UHGV virus genome: UHGV-0126570
Origin: a virus
Strand: one strand, 5' to 3'
DNA length: 59,916 nucleotides
Shown here: positions 20,098-27,491 of the stretch, piece after piece
Numbering within the stretch: position 1 is the first letter of the stretch
How the letters are laid out: each line of letters starts with the position of its first letter
Program-made: the position numbers and the translations under genes
The notes under the pieces: generated by a model
The model's input: the letters and a program-made list of their open reading frames with translations, nothing else
What the model was told of the DNA's origin: nothing
The model's database searches: none

Positions 20098-20271
20098 AAA
20101 TAACAAGTTGGGTAAATGCCATGCGATTTACCCTCCTTGTTGATTAAGGTCACTTTTTACTCTAAAAGCAAATCCTACCTGTTGCATATAGCCCAGCCTT
20201 GAGTAGTATCTCTCTTGTTTTACAAATCTAACGCAGTTGTTATTATTTCGCTTATTTACTATCAATGGGTG

Positions 20272-20281
20272 TGTTAGAAAA
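20272..20281 (+). promoter_or_regulatory. Operator-like half-site TGTTAGAAAA
   Basis: Exact copy of the recurrent 10-mer, ~140 bp upstream of the VRR-NUC start. Confidence 0.4.
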
Positions 20282-20418
20282 TAGCGAGGAAAAGAAGGCG
20301 TCGCAGTGAATATTCTGAAACGTCCCCACATGCCGTAGCTCTCAGAGAACTGGAGAAAAACCCAGATCTAATCAAAAGGAACCATGAGCATTACGAGCAG
20401 GTACGCGTCCTGGATTGG

Positions 20419-20727
20419 TTGTATCGCAATATGCGCTATGTGTATGAGCATACACACGCCACTCCAAACGGCGGTCTGCGAGGCATAAGGACGGCAATAA
20501 AAATGGTGGCAGAGGGCCAAAAGAAGGGATATCCCGATCTTTCTATAGACCTTGCTTGTGGGGGATACCACGGAATGCGCATTGAGATGAAACATGGGAG
20601 AAATCGCCTGACTCCCGAACAACTCGTCTGGATGACTCGCCTCACCGAAGCAGGTTACTACTGCTTTGAGGCGCGCAGTGCCGCTGAAGCCATAAAAGCT
20701 ATCACGGAATATGTTTGTCTTGATTAA
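20419..20727 (+). CDS. VRR-NUC domain nuclease (PD-(D/E)xK fold)
   Basis: GYPDLSIDLA...RIEMKHGRNRLTPEQLVWM matches the VRR-NUC pattern (GxPDL...E.K...S.EQ..W). Start is TTG; the first helix of the domain is encoded upstream of any canonical start, so the start is uncertain. Confidence 0.55.
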   Translation: MYRNMRYVYEHTHATPNGGLRGIRTAIKMVAEGQKKGYPDLSIDLACGGYHGMRIEMKHGRNRLTPEQLVWMTRLTEAGYYCFEARSAAEAIKAITEYVCLD

Positions 20728-20741
20728 ACGGAGAAATCGTT

Positions 20742-20942
20742 TTGCGTTTACTTAACGTGGCTGAACTTATCCCTGCTGGTGCTAACGTTGTTGCTCGCCG
20801 TCGTTCCTGGCAGCAACCATTGTGTGTTGAGTTGTTGAAACACAGCAATGGAACAATAGAGGCTCGGAATATTGTCACTGGTGATAAGGTTCACATTACC
20901 CCGGAAAGTACAGGCGCTGATGATTGGGAGTTTGTACATTGA
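20742..20942 (+). CDS. Hypothetical small protein (66 aa)
   Basis: TTG start with GGAG 8 nt upstream. Confidence 0.35.
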   Translation: MRLLNVAELIPAGANVVARRRSWQQPLCVELLKHSNGTIEARNIVTGDKVHITPESTGADDWEFVH

Positions 20943-21238
20943 GCAAAAAATATCATGTGAACCTGGCGTTTGCCGATGACGCCGGGAGGACGCGGAGCAT
21001 TACGCTCAACACTGCCCGCAAGGTGGTAACAGCGCCTTTAATCCGGGAAGCACTCAGGGAGCTGGAAATGGGGGAGAACTCGACCCTTTTGTCGGTTAGT
21101 TGGTTAGGGAAAATGTCAGAGAAGGAATACGTAGACGGAGTTACTCCCATGACAGCCATGAGGCTGCTTTCATTGCTGCAATGGGCTATCGTACCGGTAT
21201 GCATCGTGTATTTTATCTACCAGGCAATGACACAATAA
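20939..21238 (+). CDS. Small protein with C-terminal transmembrane anchor
   Basis: TTG at 20939 after GGGAG (ORF track 20924); C-terminal LLSLLQWAIVPVCIVYFIY hydrophobic segment; followed by a strong terminator. Confidence 0.4.
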   Translation: MSKKYHVNLAFADDAGRTRSITLNTARKVVTAPLIREALRELEMGENSTLLSVSWLGKMSEKEYVDGVTPMTAMRLLSLLQWAIVPVCIVYFIYQAMTQ

Positions 21239-21245
21239 CCGCTCA

Positions 21246-21272
21246 AAAACCCGCCGATTAGCGGGTTTTTTG
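21246..21272 (+). terminator. Rho-independent terminator
   Basis: AAAAACCCGCCGATTAGCGGGTTTTTTG. Confidence 0.75.
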
Positions 21273-21313
21273 TTTATCACATCTTTCGCTCTTGTTCTCA
21301 TACTAATAAAATA

Positions 21314-21323
21314 TGTTAGAAAA
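21314..21323 (+). promoter_or_regulatory. Operator-like half-site TGTTAGAAAA
   Basis: Located ~30 bp upstream of the 21354 start codon. Confidence 0.4.
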
Positions 21324-21353
21324 CTAATTTTGCAAAAAACAATGGGAACTGCA

Positions 21354-22562
21354 ATGAGTCAACAAACTGATACTTCTAATCTGGAAATCATCTCAGCCGC
21401 GATTGAAACGCTGCGGACACAGATCGCCCTTATTCAAAAGCGGAATCCGGGGGATGACCTGTCCAGACGGCTACATGAGAGCGTCATTGCCACTACTGAT
21501 AACCTGGTCGCGGAGATCAACCAGCTACTTGAGGAAGGGACGGTTGATTACAACAAGCTGGTGGATCAGTTTGAGGAATATCAACAAGCCGTTAATGATG
21601 GCTTGATCCGTTTTTCACAAGTCACAGGCGTATCAGCGACAGTTGAAAGTCTTGGCAATGCTGTTAATCAATTTGCCGCGAATATGCGTAGTGAGATCGG
21701 CAATCTGGAAGCGCGTCTTGAACAGGCAAACACACTGCGCAAATCCGCAGAAGCCGATTTGAGTCGTTACAAAAAAGACTATCCAGCCAGTCTGTCAAAA
21801 CGACTGGATGTTGCGGAGAAGGATAACCGTGCGCTGAAAAGAGAGCGTCGGGAACTAAAAGAGCGTTTAACAGAGCTGAATCAGCAATGCATTAAGTATC
21901 AAGGCGAAGGCGTCACACTGCGTAAAAAGTTAGCAGCAGCGCAGAACATTATTGAAACGCTGAAACGAGAGTGCTCACAGCTTGGTCATGATCTGAACCG
22001 CGCTTGTGGTATGGGACAAAGGCCAGAGACATTCCCGCTCATGTATGACGGGGTGGATGCTATTGCCTATATCCATGAGTACCCGCATGGTCTGGTTGCG
22101 GAGACTGGTCAGCGTGGTGAAGCTCTGTTGACGGCTAATTACCATCAACAAATTAGAACCAACCGCCTGCTGACGATGGATGTGATCCCATCAGTATGGG
22201 GAACGCCGCTTTACTATCGCCTGCCCGGCTTCGAAACGGACTGGAATACCGATATAGACGAATGCCTGGCAGATAAAATTATGGCGTACCTGGAGACTGA
22301 TTTCCCGCGCCTGCATCGCCGGATTATGGACTCTAAGGATGCGCCGATCGATGAATTGAAAATGCGCCCAGAGACGTTGGAAGCTATCAAACAGACTGCG
22401 TTTGATACCGTATTCAGCGTGGCCTGTATCCCAAGTAGTTTTCATGAAAGCATCCCCTTTATGCAGGGCGACCGTCGTCAAGAAATTATTGATGCCTGCC
22501 GGGTGTGGGCTAACGAATGGGACAAGAAGAATGGGGGCGTAGAAGATCTTTATGGGAAATAA
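21354..22562 (+). CDS. Hypothetical protein: N-terminal coiled coil plus C-terminal globular domain
   Basis: ORF track starts at 21270; the ATG at 21354 (MSQQTD...) lies downstream of the terminator and motif and has GGGA upstream. Confidence 0.5.
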   Translation: MSQQTDTSNLEIISAAIETLRTQIALIQKRNPGDDLSRRLHESVIATTDNLVAEINQLLEEGTVDYNKLVDQFEEYQQAVNDGLIRFSQVTGVSATVESLGNAVNQFAANMRSEIGNLEARLEQANTLRKSAEADLSRYKKDYPASLSKRLDVAEKDNRALKRERRELKERLTELNQQCIKYQGEGVTLRKKLAAAQNIIETLKRECSQLGHDLNRACGMGQRPETFPLMYDGVDAIAYIHEYPHGLVAETGQRGEALLTANYHQQIRTNRLLTMDVIPSVWGTPLYYRLPGFETDWNTDIDECLADKIMAYLETDFPRLHRRIMDSKDAPIDELKMRPETLEAIKQTAFDTVFSVACIPSSFHESIPFMQGDRRQEIIDACRVWANEWDKKNGGVEDLYGK

Positions 22563-23220
22563 TATGTTAGAAATCTAATTTCATCAAACGAACATATTGA
22601 TTGTGAGAGTAACTTAACTTAGAATTTTCCTTGCTGGTGGAGCGTTGCCACATTTCGCTTGCTGGGCTTGATAGTCACTTATTGGTTGTTGTTCGCCCAC
22701 CAGCAAATAACAAATTAAAGTGTTAGAAAATTACATGCATACAGGGACTCGCTTTGGCACCGAGCAAGCCAAAGTTCAGCAGGTTTAGTGCGTAAAGTGG
22801 TTTCAGAGAGAGCACTTTACGGAGTAAACAACAAGACATGTTGAGCCACGGAAGGTCTTTTTAAGATGTTCATTGATGATGGTCCGGCAGAGAGTAACGG
22901 GACTCGCCGCATCGAATCATCATCAATGCACATCCTCAACATTAAGGAGGCATAGGGATTTTTTTGTGGCGATTACCTTTTGCCCTAAGTCTCCTTAATG
23001 TTGCGGTAATGCACCTATGCGGATGCGGCCTTGCATTGTGTCTTGAAAGAATGGGGTAAGGCCGGGGATATCCCCAGGGGGAGGCACCCCCGCTGCAACG
23101 AACAGCCACAGACGGCAGTCGAGTGATGGAAACGTGCAAAGACTTTAAACCTCGTTACGGCTGGCGTGGCAAACGCGACAACCGAGACAGAGCGGTGACG
23201 GGCGGAGAGAGTGCCGCATC

Positions 23221-23341
23221 AAGAAAGAAGCCGACTTGTGATCCCTTTCTGCGGGCATTTGAAAGTGAATCCAGCTCAGGCAGTCGGCTTCTTTCTTGTG
23301 TGAGATGTAGCGTATTTGCCCATCTTCGGGTGGGCTTTTTT
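23221..23341 (+). ncRNA. Candidate small structured RNA (16-bp stem-loop plus intrinsic terminator)
   Basis: AAGAAAGAAGCCGACT (23221-23236) pairs with AGTCGGCTTCTTTCTT (23282-23297); then GCCCATCTTCGGGTGGGC followed by TTTTTT (23318-23341). The overlapping 85-codon ORF (23123-23380) runs through both hairpins and is probably not coding. Confidence 0.3.
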
Positions 23342-23801
23342 AGGGTTTTCGTCATGGTTAGCGACTTTGCGGCGGTTTAGAACCCGACCATTAAAGTAAA
23401 TGCAAACGATGATCTGATGATGGTAGCGGCCTAAGAAGCCTGACGCCACGGGGTATGAGTCGTCCCCCGTCAAAAAATCGACCGCAGAGTGTCCCCGTCT
23501 GTGTATTAGGGAACGGGGAGGCATAACAGGCAAGGGCGCTGGTGTGATTAACCAGATGAATGAGAAGGGTCAGGTCTTTCTGGTCAGCGCCCTTACCTGT
23601 TACGTCCCTCCCGCGTAACAGCCATTGATTAATGGCTTTCTGGGATAACATCCTACTACGGGTATATCCCGTCATGCTGAAGGCGCTAATCACGCTGGAA
23701 GCCAGGGTTGTGCATCCCCTGTTACCGAATTGCAGCCAGGGCGCGGTGCGCCGAAAAGCATACGGAGGTGGAAGCCCTCGCCGGAGACGTAACCGGCAAG
23801 T

Positions 23802-23878
23802 GATGGTGTAGCTCAGTAGGATAGAGCAGCAGCCTTCTAAGCTGTCGGTCGGTGGTTCGAATCCACCCACCATCGCCA
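23802..23878 (+). tRNA. tRNA-Arg (anticodon UCU; decodes rare AGA)
   Basis: Manual cloverleaf: acceptor GATGGTG/CACCATC, D-arm GCTC-AGTAGGATA-GAGC, anticodon stem GCAGC/GCTGT with loop CTTCTAA, T-arm GGTGG-TTCGAAT-CCACC, encoded CCA. Confidence 0.8.
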
Positions 23879-23880
23879 AT

Positions 23881-23956
23881 GCCGGTTTAGCTCAGTTGGT
23901 AGAGCGCCTGCCTTGTAAGCAGGATGTCAGCGGTTCGAGTCCGTTAACCGGCACCA
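23881..23956 (+). tRNA. tRNA-Thr (anticodon UGU)
   Basis: Acceptor GCCGGTT/AACCGGC, D-arm GCTC-AGTTGGTA-GAGC, anticodon stem CCTGC/GCAGG with loop CTTGTAA, T-loop TTCGAGT, encoded CCA. Confidence 0.8.
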
Positions 23957-23964
23957 ACACAACA

Positions 23965-24039
23965 GGTAAGGGTATTTTGCGACGTCGGAGATCGCCGTGC
24001 TTGGCAGAGGGTTCGAATCCCTACGAAGTACCCTTACCG
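23965..24039 (+). ncRNA. Non-canonical tRNA-like element (acceptor-like stem plus T-loop, no canonical D/anticodon arms)
   Basis: GGTAAGG(G)...GGGTTCGAATCCC...CCCTTACC: a 7-8 bp terminal helix and a perfect T-loop consensus, but the interior cannot be folded into a cloverleaf. Either a tRNA pseudogene or an RNase P-type processed regulatory RNA. Confidence 0.3.
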
Positions 24040-24421
24040 TTGTGATGAAGTGCAGCTCTTTGAAGCAACCAGAAGATAAGCATCTGGCTTCACAACATAA
24101 ACCGCAGGAACGACCAATAAACGGTAGTCCGTATGGAGAATACCCCGTTGAGGAAGAGGCCTGGCCGGAACCGTAACCGGCACTACAACGTTGAGAACAC
24201 TGACGTAACGGGGTCATATCCCAATCTACGAATAAATGTTGCGTTGCAGCGTGACAACCAGTGTTCTCAACGTTGTGGTGGATTCGCAGACTGATGCGAT
24301 AGCTTTCTTGGATGTTAGGGAAATGCGGCCGCAAACCTTCCCTTTCGCGAGCGGTGATCGTCCGTAGTCCTAATTGGCTGCACCGTATGCCGGAGATTCA
24401 GTACCGGCCACCACAACGGCC

Positions 24422-24508
24422 GGAGAGTAGGGAGCATGGTGCTCAAGCGGTCTTGAAAACCGTCCCATTGCGCAAGCGATGATGGTTCGATTCCATTACT
24501 CTCCGCCA
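24422..24508 (+). tRNA. Probable type II tRNA, tRNA-Ser (anticodon UGA)-like
   Basis: Acceptor GGAGAGT/ACTCTCC, anticodon arm GCGGT-CTTGAAA-ACCGT (close to E. coli serT), 17-nt variable region, T-arm GATGG-TTCGATT-CCATT, encoded CCA. D-arm and variable arm are atypical. Confidence 0.55.
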
Positions 24509-24775
24509 GCGCAACGTTAAGAGTATTTGGCTAATTAAGCGAATGCCGGAAGCAGAACCGGATCAACAAATGCGTACAGGCGTCATCGCCGCCCAGCCAG
24601 CCAAGTGCTCTTACCATTGCGGTGAATGCGGCTAAGCGCACGCGGAACAGTTAAAACAATCCTCCTTAGTGGTTAAGTCAAACATCCCGGCGTTAATTGT
24701 TAACTGGTTAACGTCACCTGGAGGCACCAGGCACCGCAACCTAATAAATACGTCATGTTTATTGAGGGATAACCA

Positions 24776-25210
24776 ATGTTCGGTAAATTTTTCGGTAAGA
24801 AAGTCGCTTCAGCAAAAGTAGAGCTGAAAAGGGTTGAGAATCGCGATCTGATGGAGGCCATTATCGGTGGCTGTTTGTTGGTGTCTGCCGCAGATGGTGA
24901 AATCGAAAAGGAAGAAACAGCGAAACTTGATCAGCTTGTCCGCTCTAATCCTCGCTTAAGTCATTTTGGCAACGAAATTACCGCAACAATCACCCGTTTT
25001 ACTGAGCAACTGGAAGCTGGTTTCCGTGTTGGTCGCATGAATATCCTTCGCGAAATTGAAGATATCAAAAATGATCCAAAAGAAGCGGAAGAAGTATTCG
25101 TTAACATGCTGACGATTGCAGAAGCGGACGGTGAAATCGAGCCAGCAGAACACAAAGTACTGGAAGAAGTAGGCCGTCGTTTGGGCCTTCGTGTGGAAGA
25201 TTATCTGTAA
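24776..25210 (+). CDS. TerB-like domain protein (tellurite-resistance TerB / TciA-like)
   Basis: 144 aa with the paired acidic helices typical of the TerB fold (...LLVSAADGEIEKEE...LTIAEADGEIEPAEHKVLEEV); GAGGG RBS. Adjacent to the tRNA-Ile2 gene, as tciA is adjacent to trnI in P1. Confidence 0.65.
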   Translation: MFGKFFGKKVASAKVELKRVENRDLMEAIIGGCLLVSAADGEIEKEETAKLDQLVRSNPRLSHFGNEITATITRFTEQLEAGFRVGRMNILREIEDIKNDPKEAEEVFVNMLTIAEADGEIEPAEHKVLEEVGRRLGLRVEDYL

Positions 25211-25374
25211 TGATTGGCAAGGCGCGTATTGCGTGCGCCATTGGTTTTCTCGTTTTGTCCGTGCTGGTGGATTTCACCAGCAAAGTGATGTCGGTGTTGG
25301 CTGATGGGGCACTGGTTTCAGTAGCTGTGGTATTGCTATTGCCGATTATTAAAGCTGCGTTCAGGAACTCATGA
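25210..25374 (+). CDS. Small membrane protein (54 aa), not in ORF track
   Basis: Start overlaps the upstream stop (TAATG); MIGKARIACAIGFLVLSVLVDF...VAVVLLLPII has two hydrophobic helices. Confidence 0.4.
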   Translation: MIGKARIACAIGFLVLSVLVDFTSKVMSVLADGALVSVAVVLLLPIIKAAFRNS

Positions 25375-25484
25375 TGGATTTTTGGACGTATATTGATAAG
25401 AACCCTGGATGGTCTTTGCTATTTCTTCTTGTGATCGTATACGGAGTAGAACAAGTAGCGAAGAATCTCAGGCGTCGAAAATAA
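25371..25484 (+). CDS. Small membrane protein (37 aa), not in ORF track
   Basis: ATGA overlap with the previous ORF; MMDFWTYIDKNPGWSLLFLLVIVYGV...RRRK has a single TM and basic tail. Confidence 0.35.
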   Translation: MMDFWTYIDKNPGWSLLFLLVIVYGVEQVAKNLRRRK

Positions 25485-25493
25485 AAACTAATT

Positions 25494-25569
25494 GGCCCCT
25501 TAGCTCAGTGGTTAGAGCTGGCGACTCATAATCGCACGGTCACCGGTTCAAGTCCGGTAGGGGCCACCA
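25494..25569 (+). tRNA. tRNA-Ile2 (anticodon CAU, lysidine-type; decodes rare AUA)
   Basis: GGCCCCTTAGCTCAGTGGTTAGAGC...CTCATAA...GGTTCAAGTCC...AGGGGCCACCA; acceptor and D-arm essentially identical to E. coli ileX. Cannot be formally distinguished from elongator Met by sequence alone. Confidence 0.75.
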
Positions 25570-26022
25570 TATTTGGTTGTAACACGGCGTATGGCACATG
25601 CGTCGTTAGCGGTCTGGTGACGTTATAGGGGTTACCTTTTCCCCTAGCTCAGGCAACAAACCAGGTAGCCGGAATGTGCAAGCCCCGTTCATATCGTCGG
25701 ACCGAGGACTCACCATCCTGGCGATTCGGTGTGACAGCCGGAAGAGTACGGCGCACAACAGGAAAAGGCGTTTAATTAACGTGAGCGCCGTTTCCGTTGT
25801 GGTAATTGCGGCTATGCGCTCGTGACGAAGCCATTTTCATTCACTACGTTCTGATAAGTGACGTCGCCAGGAGTGGCTAACCTGGCAGGTGGAGGCACCA
25901 CCGCCACAACTCCTTTCAATTCATCATATAGCCGCTCAGGCTGTAACCCTTAATTAATACGAAGTTTCGACATCTCTATCGGTTTAACCGAGGGATGGTC
26001 GCGCGTGTAAAAAGGAGACGTT

Positions 26023-26598
26023 ATGTTAACGGCGAACGATAACGCGTATGCAGAAGCAGATCTCATATTGAGTGACTTCATCGGTCAGCGGGAACGCTGG
26101 ACACAAAAGCGAGAGGAACTTTATGCCTCGTTAGTTCGCAAAGGTGTCAACATTGAAACCGCTCAAAGCGGCGATATGACGGTAGTCAGTGTTGGATTAC
26201 ATGGTGTGAGCGTGTCCGCAGCCAATCATGAGCCATACGTAGCGTTATCCGAGTCGATGGCAAGGCTAATTAAGTTTCTGAAGCAAACAGAAGCCAATAA
26301 TGTTTTCATCGCCAAAAAGAACATCAATTTTTCTGCCGCCATGTTCTGGATGATGAAGGGGCTGGATGCCCGCCGGGCATCATGGCCTAAAGGGAGCTAT
26401 TTATCGATGTTCCGTGGCAGCATTGGCAGCAAAGAAAAGCTCTTCGAATTCTTGCCGGAAGAGGCATTCGATATTGTGGAAGGGTGCGATGTGATGGTTA
26501 TGCCTCGCCTGGTAATGATGAATGGGGATTTACAGGCGCAGACAGACTGGTTCGCAACTGGCGTGGATATTATCGCAACTGACTGGGAGGCATTCTGA
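26023..26598 (+). CDS. Fusion protein with C-terminal DUF2829-like (Tad2-like) domain
   Basis: C-terminal AAMFWMMKGLDARRASWPKGSYLSMF ... MPRLVMMNGDLQAQTDWFATGVDIIATDWEAF follows the DUF2829 signature as recalled from memory; N-terminal ~100 aa unassigned. Confidence 0.4.
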   Translation: MLTANDNAYAEADLILSDFIGQRERWTQKREELYASLVRKGVNIETAQSGDMTVVSVGLHGVSVSAANHEPYVALSESMARLIKFLKQTEANNVFIAKKNINFSAAMFWMMKGLDARRASWPKGSYLSMFRGSIGSKEKLFEFLPEEAFDIVEGCDVMVMPRLVMMNGDLQAQTDWFATGVDIIATDWEAF

Positions 26599-26990
26599 TG
26601 TACGAGACAACAAAATTAAGCATTCACGAAGTCTCCAACGTGGAGTGGAATATCGTCACCTGTAAGATTGTATCGTGTAATGCTGCGCGTACTGATGCAG
26701 GCCATAAGAGCACGATAACAGGCTACATGGTAATGGCTTATAGGGGATTGAGAGTTCGCTTTATCTGGAAAGCTCGGCAATTGACACCATTCAGAGAGCC
26801 GTCAATGCCATTAGAGGTAGAACAGGATTATTTAAGCCTGCCGGAAATAGACGGTGCAACGCTGGTGGATTCTGATGGTCGTAAGGCTGATTTTGAAGTC
26901 AGCTTAAAGGTGGCGCAGGCCGTAATTAATAACTCACGTGGTAAGTGGATCGCTAAGGTAAAACACGTCGTTCGCTTATCTCGCTGGTAG
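26598..26990 (+). CDS. Hypothetical protein (130 aa)
   Basis: Translationally coupled (ATGA overlap) to the DUF2829-like gene. Confidence 0.4.
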   Translation: MYETTKLSIHEVSNVEWNIVTCKIVSCNAARTDAGHKSTITGYMVMAYRGLRVRFIWKARQLTPFREPSMPLEVEQDYLSLPEIDGATLVDSDGRKADFEVSLKVAQAVINNSRGKWIAKVKHVVRLSRW

Positions 26991-27020
26991 TGTTAGATGA
27001 ATGGAATTAATTTTCTAATA
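26991..27020. promoter_or_regulatory. Palindromic operator-like element TGTTAGA-N16-TCTAATA
   Basis: Inverted heptamers with 16-bp spacing, upstream of the 27099/pacA operon; same architecture as the sites at 42979, 46407 and 57293. Confidence 0.5.
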
Positions 27021-27098
27021 TAACCAACTTTTTGCCAGTCTATACAGAAATAACATTCTCATTATCATCCCCTCGGTCATTTCCTGCCCGGGGGATTA

Positions 27099-27491
27099 AT
27101 GGAGCATATCAGCAGCGCAGAAATTGCGGATATCATGATTAGGGCTGACTGCTATCTGACAGTCACCGAAATTACCACTCTAGCTAAAGAAAAATATCCT
27201 CACCTTCATGTTTCACGCGTAAGTGTAACCAACATCATTCGGCATTTTGTGCGGTCAAGCCGAGCTATTTGTGAGCTTGATGATCGTGTTTACCCACGGA
27301 AATACTGGTTGCATGGCCTGAACGGATATCAGTTCAAGGTGCGCGGGCGCACCCCTGAATACGGCAGTTTGCTGGTTAAAAACTGTAGCCGGAAGTCTGC
27401 AGAACTGGCGCGACAAGAGCAGCGCAAGCTGGTGGACATGGCTAATAAGCTGTGGAATGCCGCAGTTAAAAAGCGTGGTGTTGCTTTATGA
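27099..27491 (+). CDS. Hypothetical protein (130 aa)
   Basis: First gene after the operator-like palindrome; stop/start overlap with the pacA-like gene. Confidence 0.45.
   Translation: MEHISSAEIADIMIRADCYLTVTEITTLAKEKYPHLHVSRVSVTNIIRHFVRSSRAICELDDRVYPRKYWLHGLNGYQFKVRGRTPEYGSLLVKNCSRKSAELARQEQRKLVDMANKLWNAAVKKRGVAL

Noticed and set aside
23123-23380. 85-codon plus-strand ORF in the tRNA-upstream region
   Set aside because: It reads straight through a 16-bp stem-loop and an intrinsic terminator and has an Arg/Ser-rich composition; more likely non-coding structured RNA.
23391-24334. Minus-strand ORFs of 135-162 codons overlapping the tRNA genes
   Set aside because: They overlap confidently folded tRNA genes on the opposite strand and have no RBS or recognisable features.
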